From: an uncultured Verrucomicrobiae bacterium
GTDB lineage: Bacteria; Verrucomicrobiota; Verrucomicrobiia; Chthoniobacterales; Chthoniobacteraceae
Length of the DNA stretch: 64,000 nucleotides
Direction of reading: 5' to 3'
NCBI GenBank assembly: GCA_963828525.1
Contig: CAWHEP010000014.1
Span: 256,001 to 320,000 of the forward strand
Of this stretch, positions 42,960-52,819 are shown one piece after another. Below the pieces are notes generated by a model that worked only from the letters and a program-made list of their open reading frames with translations, did no database searches and was not told the DNA's origin. Both the position numbers and the translations under genes were made by a program. Position 1 is the stretch's first letter. Each line of letters begins with the position of its first letter.

Positions 42960-44552
42960 TCACTTCCCATCTTTCCGATACATTTCCTGAACGCGGTGCT
43001 CGTCGAGCAGGTTTGCCTCGATTCCGCCCAGTTTCGCCGAATCATAAAATTGGATGCCCACGTAAAAAAACAAGGGGCAGATCGGGGCTTCATCCGTCAC
43101 CAGAAGGCGCTCGGCTTTGCGGAAGATGTCGAACCGCCGTTGCGTGTCCGTCTCGCGCGCCGCCGCGGCTATGGCTTCATCGTAGCTTTTGTTGCTCCAT
43201 CCCGTGCGATTGTTGCCTCCGTCCGTTACGAACATGTCCATGAATGTGTTGGGGTCGGGATAATCGCCCACCCAGCTTGAGCGGCAGATGTCGTAATCCA
43301 GCCTTGTTAGCGAGCCGAGGTACACCTTCCATTCCTGTCGCAGAAGGCCAATGTTGATTCCGAGTTCCTCCCGAAACATGTTTTGCAGTTCCACCGCGAG
43401 CGCCTCATTTAACTCTCCTTCGCTATAAAGGAAGGTTAGCAGTGGAAACCCTTTGCCGCCGGGATATCCCGCGTCCGCCAGCAGCTTCCTCGCGCGCTTA
43501 GGGTCTCTCGCGTCCCCAGGTGGCGGTTGGTAGCCCGCGGTGCCCGGAGGAACGAGGCTTGCCGCGGGCTGTTCACCTCCGCGCGTTATCTTATCCACGA
43601 GCAGTTGCTTGTTGACCACGAGGCTGAACGCCTTGCGCACCCTGGGATCATCCAGTGGCTTTTTTTTCACGTTAAACCGCAGGAAGAAGCTGCCCAAAAA
43701 AGGCGCGGAATGGTAATAGGGTTGCTTCTTCAGGTCGGAAAGGAGCGCCGGGGGAACAAGTCCTTTGTCCATCATGAGATCCGCGGCGCCCGACGTGAAG
43801 AAGTTCAGCGCGGTGATCGCTTTCGCGGTCGGCAGGATGTCCACGGTCGAGAGAGCGACATGTTCCCTGTCCCAATAACGTGGATTTTTGCGGAGGCTTA
43901 TCCGGTCGTTAATGCGCCAGTCCGCCAGCTCGTAGGCGCCATTGCTCACCAATTTGCCCGGCTTGATCCATTGGTCTCCCTCCTTCTCGATTGTCGCTAG
44001 CGGCACGGGAAGCAGTGTCTCAAAAGCGCAAATATCGAGAAAAAAGGGCGTGGGGTTTTCGAGCGTCACTATCAGCGTATGGGCATCCGCGGCATGCGCG
44101 CCCACCTGATTGAAATCCTTTAGCGTTCCGTCGTTGAAAGGCTTTCCGTTCTTTAGGTAGTAAAGCTGGTAGGCGTATTCGGAGGCGGTTTCCGGAGCCA
44201 GCGTCCTCCGCCACGATCCGACAAAATCCGCCGCTGTCACAGGATCACCATTGGTCCATGCAGCGTTTGATCTCAGATGGAAGGTGTATGTCCGCTTGTC
44301 AGCAGAGAGTTCCCACCGCTCCGCGACCCCGGGCTTGAGGTGAGCCGCCGCGTCAAGGCTCAGTAAACCTTCAAAGAGCGCGTAAACGATGCGGCCTTCC
44401 GGCTGGCCCGTTATTGCGGCAGGATCAAGGCTTTCAGGTTCCGCGCCGTTCAGGAATACCAGGTCCGCGCGCTTTGCGGGAGGCGCGCATCCGGCGAGCA
44501 TGCACAGATACGCCACCGCGGCACAACCCATGGCGCTCGTTTTCATTCGCAT
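42960..44552 (-). CDS. oppA: Oligopeptide ABC transporter substrate-binding lipoprotein
   Basis: Lipobox LAGC, EPESLDP, LFEGL, SNGAY.L, WVGDYPDP. Confidence 0.92.
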   Translation of the reverse strand: MRMKTSAMGCAAVAYLCMLAGCAPPAKRADLVFLNGAEPESLDPAAITGQPEGRIVYALFEGLLSLDAAAHLKPGVAERWELSADKRTYTFHLRSNAAWTNGDPVTAADFVGSWRRTLAPETASEYAYQLYYLKNGKPFNDGTLKDFNQVGAHAADAHTLIVTLENPTPFFLDICAFETLLPVPLATIEKEGDQWIKPGKLVSNGAYELADWRINDRISLRKNPRYWDREHVALSTVDILPTAKAITALNFFTSGAADLMMDKGLVPPALLSDLKKQPYYHSAPFLGSFFLRFNVKKKPLDDPRVRKAFSLVVNKQLLVDKITRGGEQPAASLVPPGTAGYQPPPGDARDPKRARKLLADAGYPGGKGFPLLTFLYSEGELNEALAVELQNMFREELGINIGLLRQEWKVYLGSLTRLDYDICRSSWVGDYPDPNTFMDMFVTDGGNNRTGWSNKSYDEAIAAAARETDTQRRFDIFRKAERLLVTDEAPICPLFFYVGIQFYDSAKLGGIEANLLDEHRVQEMYRKDGK

Positions 44553-45283
44553 AGCTTTGCCGCCGCCAGTCTGCTCCCCGAGAGCGCTATGCGGTGGAGA
44601 ATCGCAAGCCGCGCTCCAGCCGATGATTCCTGCCACACAGGTTTCCGGACTACCCTCAGCGTTGACCCCTCCCTCACCAAAAGCCCGCAGTTTAGCGGAG
44701 CCTCGCACTCCGCGATGATTCCCTCCTCCGTAACGAGATAGAACAAATTCGCGCAACCATACCGGATCATCTTTTCGAACTTGTTTCTTCGCAACAGGCC
44801 GTTATGCAGGCGTCCGATCCCTTTCAGGACAGCGGAGTAGCCCCGGTGTCCGATTGCTTCCAGGCTGTAGGTCTCATACTCCGCGAAGAGTGAGTCTCCG
44901 TTTGCCGCCGAAGGGAAGTGAACCCGGAGGAGCCGCTCCAGCGTCACGCGCCGCCCATGCAGTTGCTCCAGGCGCTCTCGAGCTTTCCCGGCCCGGCACG
45001 AATCCCGCAAAAAATCGCTCCGCGACTGCTTGCACTCAAATACCGCCGTCGTGCCCAGCGCCGCGTGGGACTGGCGCAACGTCCGGCCCTCGAATTGCAC
45101 CGCCCGTGTCTCTGCCGCGGCTCTATATGCCGCGACATCCGCCCTGTACCCGCAATGCGGCAGCGAGATTTCGAACCCCTGGCACGAGTAACCTTGCTCC
45201 GCCGCCCACGCGAAGCAAAGCCGCTTTAATTCCCTGTGCTTTTCGGTCTCGCCACGGCGGGCTCTGGTTGAGTTCGTTTGCAT
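44543..45283 (-). CDS. PD-(D/E)XK nuclease-fold protein, MmcB-like
   Basis: H..LK, FEISL..CGYRADVAAY, VFECKQSRSDFLRD, NLFYLV, GLL. Confidence 0.65.
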   Translation of the reverse strand: MQTNSTRARRGETEKHRELKRLCFAWAAEQGYSCQGFEISLPHCGYRADVAAYRAAAETRAVQFEGRTLRQSHAALGTTAVFECKQSRSDFLRDSCRAGKARERLEQLHGRRVTLERLLRVHFPSAANGDSLFAEYETYSLEAIGHRGYSAVLKGIGRLHNGLLRRNKFEKMIRYGCANLFYLVTEEGIIAECEAPLNCGLLVREGSTLRVVRKPVWQESSAGARLAILHRIALSGSRLAAAKLCE

Positions 45284-45372
45284 GCGCGCCCCGCATTGTC
45301 GCCAAGGAGGCGGGGGGACGCCAGATTTTCGTTGCGCGCCTCCTCTATGCTCACCCACAATCGGCATTCCCT

Positions 45373-45681
45373 ATGAAATGCCCAAAATTTGTTCTTCCCT
45401 GTTCCCTCGCGTTGGCCCTCACCGTCTCCTCATTTGCGGGAGCCCCGGCAAGCTACCAGGTCACCGGCCCTGTCCTTGAATTGACCGACACCACCATCGT
45501 CGTGAAGAAGGGGACCGACCGCTGGGAACTGGCGCGAACCGCCGCCACCAAAGTCACAGGCGACCTCAAAGTAGGCTCGAAGGTGACCATCCAGTACTCG
45601 ATGACCGCCGTTTCGGTGGACGTCAAAGCCGACAAAGCTTCAAAGAAGGCTGCCGCCGCCGCGTCCGCCTCTCCCAAGTAG
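45373..45681 (+). CDS. Small secreted OB-fold-like protein
   Basis: Signal peptide then YQVTGPVLELTDT.IVV.KG..RWE...KVGSKVTIQY. Confidence 0.75.
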   Translation: MKCPKFVLPCSLALALTVSSFAGAPASYQVTGPVLELTDTTIVVKKGTDRWELARTAATKVTGDLKVGSKVTIQYSMTAVSVDVKADKASKKAAAAASASPK

Positions 45682-45729
45682 CCGCGCGGAGAGAGGGATT
45701 ACCCGCTTTCCCGTTAAGATCCCAATCTT

Positions 45730-46416
45730 CTACGCCCGGCTGCTCAGCATCCGGTTTATGGTTGCCGCCGCGTAAGCCGCGCCAAATCCGTTGTCGATGT
45801 TGACAACGGTCACTCCGCTTCCGCAGCTATTCAGCATTCCCAGGAGGGCGGCGAGACCGCCAAAGCTCGCTCCATATCCCACGCTGGTAGGCACGGCGAT
45901 GATCGGCTTGCTCGTAAGTCCTGCCACCGCGCTTGGCAGCGCGCCCTCCATTCCGGCTACGACCACTAACACGTTGCACGCCTCCAGCCGGTCCCGCTCG
46001 GCAAGCAACCGGTGGATGCCAGCCACTCCCACATCGTAAATCTTTTCAACTCGGTTGCCGAAGATTTCCAGCGTGACCACGCTCTCTTCGGCTACTGGGA
46101 GGTCCGACGTTCCAGCGCATAGCACGCCCACCATTCCCTCGTTCTTCGGCATCGGCGTGTTCTCCACAGTGATGCATCGGGCCCGCCGATGGAACACAGC
46201 GTTCGGGAAAGCCGGGGCCAGAGCCGCGAAATGGCTCTCCTTCACTCGCGTCGCAAGCAGCACCGGGTCGTGCTCAAGGATCACTCTGGCTATTTCTACA
46301 AAATCTTCCGGAGTCTTCCCCTCGCAATACACCACCTCCGGAAAACCCCGGCGCTTTCTACGATCCGTGTCCACCCGCGCGAATCCAAGATCTACAAACG
46401 GCTTGGAGCTATCCAT
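45730..46416 (-). CDS. larB: Nickel-pincer cofactor biosynthesis protein LarB (PurE-like)
   Basis: DTDRRKRRGFPEVVYCEGK, AGTSD, DVGVAGIHRL, VAGMEGALPS, PTSVGYG, VNIDNGFGA. Confidence 0.93.
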   Translation of the reverse strand: MDSSKPFVDLGFARVDTDRRKRRGFPEVVYCEGKTPEDFVEIARVILEHDPVLLATRVKESHFAALAPAFPNAVFHRRARCITVENTPMPKNEGMVGVLCAGTSDLPVAEESVVTLEIFGNRVEKIYDVGVAGIHRLLAERDRLEACNVLVVVAGMEGALPSAVAGLTSKPIIAVPTSVGYGASFGGLAALLGMLNSCGSGVTVVNIDNGFGAAYAAATINRMLSSRA

Positions 46417-46926
46417 TCAACACTCGCCCAAATTTTTCCCAGCCCCGTCTGTCACAACCGCCGCCCGCTCACCCTTAAGAAGAAGGCGCATCGGCAGCAT
46501 GGTGGAATTGAAAAAACCATGGCGCTTGAAGAAGGCCTGCGCTTCCGAGTTCGTTTTGTCGGTCAACAGCGTAATCCTGAGGAAATCCTTTTCGCGCGCG
46601 AATTTGACCGCGTAGGCAAGGAGTTGATCTCCATAGCCATGCCCACGGTAATCCCGGTGGACGACCATGTCTTCCAATACGATCACGAAACCGCCCTCCG
46701 CCGTGCTGATGGTAAAGAGAAGATTCACCATCGCCACTATTTCCCGGTTTTGCCTAAGCACGAAAACTCGGCCCCGATTCGGCTGCTCAAGCAAAAGGCG
46801 CAGTCCGCGCATCTGTTTGGCGCGGTCCGCGACGAAATCTTCTTCCTGTGAGAAGAGGTCTACCAGCAGGTCAGTGAGCGCGGGTAGATCTTCCAGCGTA
46901 GCCGGCTCTATGGAGGTCTGGCTCAT
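46417..46926 (-). CDS. GNAT acetyltransferase
   Basis: LEDMVVHRDYRGHGYG, N..AQAFFKRHGF. Confidence 0.9.
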   Translation of the reverse strand: MSQTSIEPATLEDLPALTDLLVDLFSQEEDFVADRAKQMRGLRLLLEQPNRGRVFVLRQNREIVAMVNLLFTISTAEGGFVIVLEDMVVHRDYRGHGYGDQLLAYAVKFAREKDFLRITLLTDKTNSEAQAFFKRHGFFNSTMLPMRLLLKGERAAVVTDGAGKNLGEC

Positions 46927-48623
46927 GGATGGCGCGGACTTCCGCTGGCCCGGTGGCTCATTGTTTCTTTGTCTCGGCGAGAGCCGCGAGTATTTCCTCT
47001 CTCGTTGCCCGGTCGCAAAATCCCGCGAATGTTTCTCCCTCCGCGCGCTTGGCGTCGAAAACTCGCAGGAGGCTTATCGATGAAGAGATGGACATCCTTC
47101 GCGATGATCTTCCCTTTCAGCAGCTCATTAAAACGCCGGTTGCCGCCCAGGCGCCCCCCGATGAAGGCGTCGTACGCGTCGACCATCTCCCCGTTGATTT
47201 TCGTGCGGGCGCCGCGAAAGCCGATGTCCGCGATCTGATGCTGTCCGCAACTCGATGGGCACCCACTAAAATGGATGCGTATTTTATCCTTGTACCAGCC
47301 GCTCGTTTGCTCCAGTTGATCAACCAGCGCGATCATCCTGTTTTTGGTCTCTGCGACTGCCAGGTTGCAGAACTCGATGCCGGTGCACGAAACACAGCCT
47401 TGCCGGAAGTTCGAAGACGCATACACAAAGCCACCGAGATCCAGATCACCCTTCAGTTCGGGCAGATTCGCCTCTGGTATATTAAGCAACAGCAGGTTCT
47501 GCTTATTCGTCAGCCGGATTGCGTCTTTCCCTCGAGCGCAGTATTTCGCCGCAAGCTCCCCGATCTTCTCGAGTTGCCCGTTTCGAATCCTCCCGCCAGC
47601 GAAATTGATACCCACCCAATACAGTCCGGCCTGCTTTTGGGCATGTATTCCGAGGTGATCCGCCTCCTGGTCCCCCGGCGTCTCAAACTCCGTGTGCGCT
47701 TCCGGCTTGAAGTCCAGCTTGGCCTCCACCTCAGCCGCCATACGTTCCACTCCCCAGTCTGCGACCAGGAACTTGAACCTCGCGCGGTTTCGCCGGAGTC
47801 GATAGCCATGGTCCCGAAAGATTTCGCTCACGGCCTTCACAACAGGCCACACTTGTTCAGGCCTCAGGAAATAGGGGAGGATCTGCGCGAGGTGAGGGGA
47901 TGAGGAGAGCCCGCCTCCCACCATGATGCCAAACCCCGCCTCCGTGCCGCTGTTGGTCTCTCGACGCAAACCAAAAATCCCTGTGCAGTTGATGTCAGGC
48001 TGCGCGCACCGGATACAGCATCCGGAGACAGATATCTTGTATTTCCTCGGGAGGTTTGAGAACTCGCGGTTGTTGGTCATCGCCGCGTTCACTTCATCGA
48101 GCACGGGAGTGCCGTCGATGATCTCATTTGGATCGATCCCTGCCACTGGGCATCCCACCACATTCCGGGTGTCGTCTCCGCAAGCTCCGCTCGTAGTGAT
48201 ACCCACAGAGTCCAGCTCCGCAAAGATCTCTGGAATGTCTTCGATGCGCAGCCAGTGCAACTGGATTGTCTGCCGCGTCGTGATGTCCGAAAACCCATGT
48301 CCGTAACGATCCGTCAGCTGCGAGATCACCTTTGCCTGCGCCGCGTTCAGCTGTCCGCCAGGCAGCTTCGTTCTCAGCATAAAGTAGCCGGAATCCTTGG
48401 GCTTTTGGCGGTAGACGCCATACCACTTCATCCGCTCAAAATCGTCTTCTTCAATCGAAGAAAACCCGGTCTTCGCGTAGCGATAGATATCATGCGCCAC
48501 ATCCAGGCCATCCTTCTCCTGCTTTATTTTTTCCTGTGGCGTCAGCGGAATGAGCCCCTGCTTTACCGCCGCGAAATCGGGATTGATGTCGATCATAAGC
48601 TTCCCTCGTTTCGTGCCCGACAC
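46923..48623 (-). CDS. Ferredoxin-dependent nitrite/sulfite reductase (NirA/SirA type); probable C-terminal frameshift
   Basis: TTRQTIQLH, LPRKYK, siroheme/4Fe-4S cysteines CTGIEFC...SGCPSSCG. Confidence 0.92.
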   Translation of the reverse strand: MSGTKRGKLMIDINPDFAAVKQGLIPLTPQEKIKQEKDGLDVAHDIYRYAKTGFSSIEEDDFERMKWYGVYRQKPKDSGYFMLRTKLPGGQLNAAQAKVISQLTDRYGHGFSDITTRQTIQLHWLRIEDIPEIFAELDSVGITTSGACGDDTRNVVGCPVAGIDPNEIIDGTPVLDEVNAAMTNNREFSNLPRKYKISVSGCCIRCAQPDINCTGIFGLRRETNSGTEAGFGIMVGGGLSSSPHLAQILPYFLRPEQVWPVVKAVSEIFRDHGYRLRRNRARFKFLVADWGVERMAAEVEAKLDFKPEAHTEFETPGDQEADHLGIHAQKQAGLYWVGINFAGGRIRNGQLEKIGELAAKYCARGKDAIRLTNKQNLLLLNIPEANLPELKGDLDLGGFVYASSNFRQGCVSCTGIEFCNLAVAETKNRMIALVDQLEQTSGWYKDKIRIHFSGCPSSCGQHQIADIGFRGARTKINGEMVDAYDAFIGGRLGGNRRFNELLKGKIIAKDVHLFIDKPPASFRRQARGGRNIRGILRPGNERGNTRGSRRDKETMSHRASGSPRHP

Positions 48624-48915
48624 CCACGCCCGGAGCCTTTATAAGGGAGAAAAACTTTAGAGTACACCGATACCTTTGCAAAGGTTATTTGGGTAACGGG
48701 CGGCTGCCAAACACGCATCGCGCCGGGCGCGGAAAGTTGCGCGTCTGGCGAGATGAAGCGGATCCATACTCGATGGCGGTTTTCGAACGCGGGCGGTCAA
48801 ATAGATCTAAGGGGTCTCCTCCACCTCCCGCCCTCCATGTAAAAATCGCTCTTTTATTGACAAACCTTCTCTGCCTATTACCCTTGGCACTCTTCAAATT
48901 TGAAAGTTTAGCTCT

Positions 48916-49089
48916 ATGAAACGCACTTATCAGCCTTCCAAACGCACGCGGAAACGCCAGTTTGGCTTTCGCGCCCGTATGAAAACAAAGGCAGGGCGCG
49001 CGACGCTCGCGCGCCGTCGGCAGCGTGGCCGGAAACGTCTCTTGCCGGTTGGCGTCGATATTCACTACGCTCGCCACACACAGGCGTAA
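48916..49089 (+). CDS. rpmH: 50S ribosomal protein L34
   Basis: Manual translation [57 protein letters not shown]. Confidence 0.96.
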   Translation: MKRTYQPSKRTRKRQFGFRARMKTKAGRATLARRRQRGRKRLLPVGVDIHYARHTQA

Positions 49090-49113
49090 CCAAGCCTCCC
49101 CGCGGTGGGGAAG

Positions 49114-49467
49114 ATGCGTCTCCGGTTTCCAAAGTCCGTAAGGCTGGCCGAAGCGGCGGAATTCCAGAGAGTCAAGCGGGAGGGTATTGCATTTCACGGG
49201 AGTCTGCTCATTTTAAGCGTTCTTAAGTCCCCGGGCTTGGAGCCGAAGTTCGGTATCATCACCTCGCGGCGTGTCGGCAACGCTGTCATCCGAAACCGGG
49301 CTCGCAGACGGCTCCGAGAGATACTGCGGCTTGCGCGCCCCAGCTTTGTGTCTGGTTTTCATCTGGTCATCATCGCCAGGAAGGGCTGCGCGTATGCTCC
49401 TCACGCTGACTTAAAAAATGAGTGGTTGCGTCTCGCGAACCGAGCGGCTCTTCTAGGAGCCGCGTGA
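49114..49467 (+). CDS. rnpA: Ribonuclease P protein component
   Basis: RL....EF, SRRVGNAVIRNRARRRLRE (RNR motif). Confidence 0.94.
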   Translation: MRLRFPKSVRLAEAAEFQRVKREGIAFHGSLLILSVLKSPGLEPKFGIITSRRVGNAVIRNRARRRLREILRLARPSFVSGFHLVIIARKGCAYAPHADLKNEWLRLANRAALLGAA

Positions 49468-49797
49468 AAGCTTCTCCGACATCGTCTCATTCCGAGTGTT
49501 CATTCGGCTCGTCCAAGGCCTTGCCCGGACGGCCGCGGCGCAAGGGCGTTTTCTCCACTGCGCCTCGCCATCCGGAGTTATCAAATGCTTATCTCGCCTG
49601 TGCTTGTTTTCATCTGCGGACCCCAGTCCGGCTGCCGCTTCGAGCCAAGCTGTTCGCGTTACTTCCTGGAAGCAGTGGAGACACATGGCACAGCGCGCGG
49701 TTTCCGGTTGGGTATTCGCCGGATCTTGCGCTGCAATCCTTGGGGCGGGCTCGGGGCGGATCCAGTCCCAGGAGCGACTACTAAGGAGAGCAGGTAA
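49464..49797 (+). CDS. yidD: Membrane protein insertion efficiency factor YidD (start uncertain, probably frameshifted)
   Basis: [32 protein letters not shown]. Confidence 0.85.
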
Positions 49798-49798
49798 A

Positions 49799-51523
49799 AT
49801 GGATCGTAAAGGCATCGCGGGCGTCGCTCTCGCCATCATCGTTCTGATCGCTTGGGAATATTACACCGCAAAGCACTATCGCCCTCCCGTTGCTCCAGTC
49901 GTGGCTGTTGCGCCGATGCCTTCCGCGACGCTGTCGGAGAGCACTCCCGCCGTGGGAATGCCTGTCGCCTCCGTCGGCCACGCCGGCGAGACAGCTGTTG
50001 CTGAATCACTTCAAAAGGTCGGTACGGGTTCGGTCGAATACACTTTCACCAACCGCGGAGGCGGCATCTCAAAGGCCGTTCTCGTGAAATACCCTGTCGA
50101 TGGCGGCGCGAAAGGTGGTTCAAAAGTCACCTTGAACGAATTCGGCTCGACTGCGATCGGCATCCTCGGGCGCGCGCCCGGCGAAGGGGCCGATATGGCG
50201 TACACGGTGGAGCAGAAGAACGGGCAGGTGATTTGCAGCGGAGCCTGGGATGACCAGGTCGCCGTTCAAAAGCGGTTCACCTTGCCTCAGGGGACGTCTG
50301 GAAAGGACGAGTATCTGATGAAGTGCGACATCAGCTTCACAAATCACGGCTCCTCTCCGCAATCGTTGGATGGCTACTACATCGGCTTGGGATCGGCGGC
50401 CTTTGTCCACCGGGGTGACCGAACCAACTACACGGGTTTCGGGTGGTTCCATGGGGAAAAGGCGCAGTTCATCGACACAAGCTGGTTTGCTTCCAAGCAG
50501 GTGCCTATCGTTGGCATCCAGACCAGCGCGGAAAAGGCAGTTTACTCGGAGACCGCCGACAGCATCCCGTGGGCAGGCGTCACCAATCAATATTTCACCA
50601 CTCTCTTTTCCGAAATACCCAATCCCGCAAGGATCGCGTGGGCGCGGCGCTTCGCTCTGAAGCAGGATGGCGCGCCCATTTACGGGATCGAGGGAGCCAT
50701 CGGCATGCCTCCTTTCAAGCTCGACCCGGGACAGACCGTCGAGCAGCACTTCGAAATCTATTGCGGCCCCAAGATGTACGCTGTCCTCAAGCAACTGGGG
50801 AACTCCCAGGAAGACATCATGAACTTCAATTGGACGAAGTGGGTGAGCATCTTCCTCCTGAACGCCATGAACTGGCTGAAGAGCATCCTTGGGAATTACG
50901 TGGCAGCCATCCTCGTCCTCACGATCTGCATCAAATCCGCTCTCTGGATTCCGCAGAACGCCGCCACCAAGTCCATGAAGCGGATGCAAGCCTTGCAGCC
51001 GAAGATGAATGAACTGCGGGAAAAGTACAAGGACGATCCCACCAGGATGAACCAGGAGCTCATGAAGCTCTACAAGGTCTACGGCATCAATCCTTTCGCG
51101 GGCTGCCTCCCGATGTTCATCCAGATACCGATCTTCTTCGGCTTCTTCAATATGTTGGGCAGCGCCGTGGAACTTCGCGGAGCCGGTTTCCTATGGGTGC
51201 GCGACCTTTCTCAACCCGATACCATCGCGACCATCGCGGGCTACCACATCAATCTCCTTCCCTTGCTCATGGCGGCTACCATGCTCTGGCAAATGTCCAT
51301 TACGCCTAAGTCCGGAGATCCGGTTCAGCAGCGTATTTTCATGTTCATGCCGCTCATATTCGTATTTTTCTGCTACAACTTCGCTTCCGCTCTGTCCCTG
51401 TACTATGCGGTGCAGAACCTTTTCTCGATCGCGCAACTTTACGTCACCAGGAGTCAGCCCATTCCTGCCTTGCAAAAGGTGTCGACTGGCCTTCCCCCTA
51501 AAAAGAGAAGGGGAGGATTATGA
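49799..51523 (+). CDS. yidC: Membrane protein insertase YidC
   Basis: N-terminal TM helix, periplasmic domain, SMKRMQALQPKM, GCLPMFIQIPIF, DLSQPD. Confidence 0.96.
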   Translation: MDRKGIAGVALAIIVLIAWEYYTAKHYRPPVAPVVAVAPMPSATLSESTPAVGMPVASVGHAGETAVAESLQKVGTGSVEYTFTNRGGGISKAVLVKYPVDGGAKGGSKVTLNEFGSTAIGILGRAPGEGADMAYTVEQKNGQVICSGAWDDQVAVQKRFTLPQGTSGKDEYLMKCDISFTNHGSSPQSLDGYYIGLGSAAFVHRGDRTNYTGFGWFHGEKAQFIDTSWFASKQVPIVGIQTSAEKAVYSETADSIPWAGVTNQYFTTLFSEIPNPARIAWARRFALKQDGAPIYGIEGAIGMPPFKLDPGQTVEQHFEIYCGPKMYAVLKQLGNSQEDIMNFNWTKWVSIFLLNAMNWLKSILGNYVAAILVLTICIKSALWIPQNAATKSMKRMQALQPKMNELREKYKDDPTRMNQELMKLYKVYGINPFAGCLPMFIQIPIFFGFFNMLGSAVELRGAGFLWVRDLSQPDTIATIAGYHINLLPLLMAATMLWQMSITPKSGDPVQQRIFMFMPLIFVFFCYNFASALSLYYAVQNLFSIAQLYVTRSQPIPALQKVSTGLPPKKRRGGL

Positions 51524-51981
51524 GCCTCACTCCCCGGGAAACTCTCGATACGATGCTCGGCTTCCTCGACTTCGTTTGCGATATCAAGGAATTCGAACGC
51601 GACGGCGCGTTAACGCTCCAAATCTACACCACCGAAAGCGAACGGCTCATCGGCAGGCACGGCGAAACTTTGGAAGACATTCAGTTTCTTCTGAACCGTC
51701 TTTTGCAAACTGCGGATAAGGATGCTCCCCGCGTCCAGGTGGACGTCGAGCATTTCAGGGAGATGCGCGAAGACAACCTCGTGCAGAAAGTCCGGCAAAT
51801 GGCTGAATCCGTCAGGCTCACCGGGCGCTCCGTAATCCTGGAGCCGATGAATGCCTATGACCGCAGGATTGTTCATAACGCCTTTAAGGACGATCCCGAG
51901 GTAGCGACATGGAGTCCTCCGGATGACTCGCGGGTGAAGCGGATCACGCTTCGCAGGAGACCGCCTGCGTCGGCTCAGTGA
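51520..51981 (+). CDS. jag: Jag/KhpB-like KH + R3H RNA-binding protein
   Basis: LIGRHGETL..IQ, EPMNAYDRRIVH; follows yidC. Confidence 0.88.
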   Translation: MSLTPRETLDTMLGFLDFVCDIKEFERDGALTLQIYTTESERLIGRHGETLEDIQFLLNRLLQTADKDAPRVQVDVEHFREMREDNLVQKVRQMAESVRLTGRSVILEPMNAYDRRIVHNAFKDDPEVATWSPPDDSRVKRITLRRRPPASAQ

Positions 51982-52123
51982 AGCTGTTTTCGTTCTAGCT
52001 GCGTCAAAATTCAGCTTCTCGTTAAACTTATTTGACTTATTACGGGCTGTTCGTTTGACAAACCGGGGGAGTCGATCCAACCTTGCACTCCCGTTTTTCC
52101 GTAATCGCCTTTTTACTCCAACT

Positions 52124-52357
52124 ATGATCAGCCATCTTCTCGAGGAAGCTTCGAAAGTCATCACCAGTCCGCAGGTGCTAATAAACGTCGTTTCCAAGAG
52201 GGTTCGGCAGCTCAGCCAGGGGCATCGCGCTCTCATCGAGGTCGGTCCTCGCATGGGCCTCTCGGACATCGCGTTCCAGGAAATCATCTCTGGCAAGATC
52301 AAGTTTGAGGAAGCGGATCCCGTAGCCGGCTCGCCGAACGGCAGTGGTGAACGATGA
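52124..52357 (+). CDS. rpoZ: RNA polymerase omega subunit
   Basis: LINVVSKRVRQL...DIAFQEIISGKI. Confidence 0.8.
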   Translation: MISHLLEEASKVITSPQVLINVVSKRVRQLSQGHRALIEVGPRMGLSDIAFQEIISGKIKFEEADPVAGSPNGSGER

Positions 52358-52809
52358 GATTTCCAGCAACCGCAAGGCGCTAAGAGATTTTCACATCCTC
52401 GAGCGCCTCGAAGCGGGTGTGGAATTGCGGGGCACGGAGGTCAAATCGATCCGCGCCGGGTTTGCGAATATTTCGAGCGCTTTCGCGCGTGTCGAAGATT
52501 CCCAGGTTTATCTCTACGACGCGGATATTCAGCCATACGCCCGCGCCAGCCATGAGCAGCATGACCCGAAAAGACGCCGCCGTCTGTTGCTCCACAAAAA
52601 GGAAATAGAGCGGCTCTTCGGCCTTTGCTCGGTTAAAGGCCACACGCATTGTGGCCCTCCGCATGTATTGGAAGGAGAGCCGCGTGAAAATCGAGATCGC
52701 CGTGGGCAAAGGCAAGGAAGCTCACGACAAGAGGGAGGACATAAAAAAACGGGCGACACAGCGCGAGACAGAGCGCGAGGTCGCGAAGTTTAATCGTAAG
52801 CACTCCTGA
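52347..52809 (+). CDS. smpB: SsrA-binding protein (frameshift near 52645)
   Basis: [42 protein letters not shown]. Confidence 0.95.
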
Positions 52810-52819
52810 CACATTCGCG

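Noticed and set aside
48624..48915. oriC next to rpmH
   Set aside because: No dnaA gene and no cluster of TTATCCACA-like boxes were seen.
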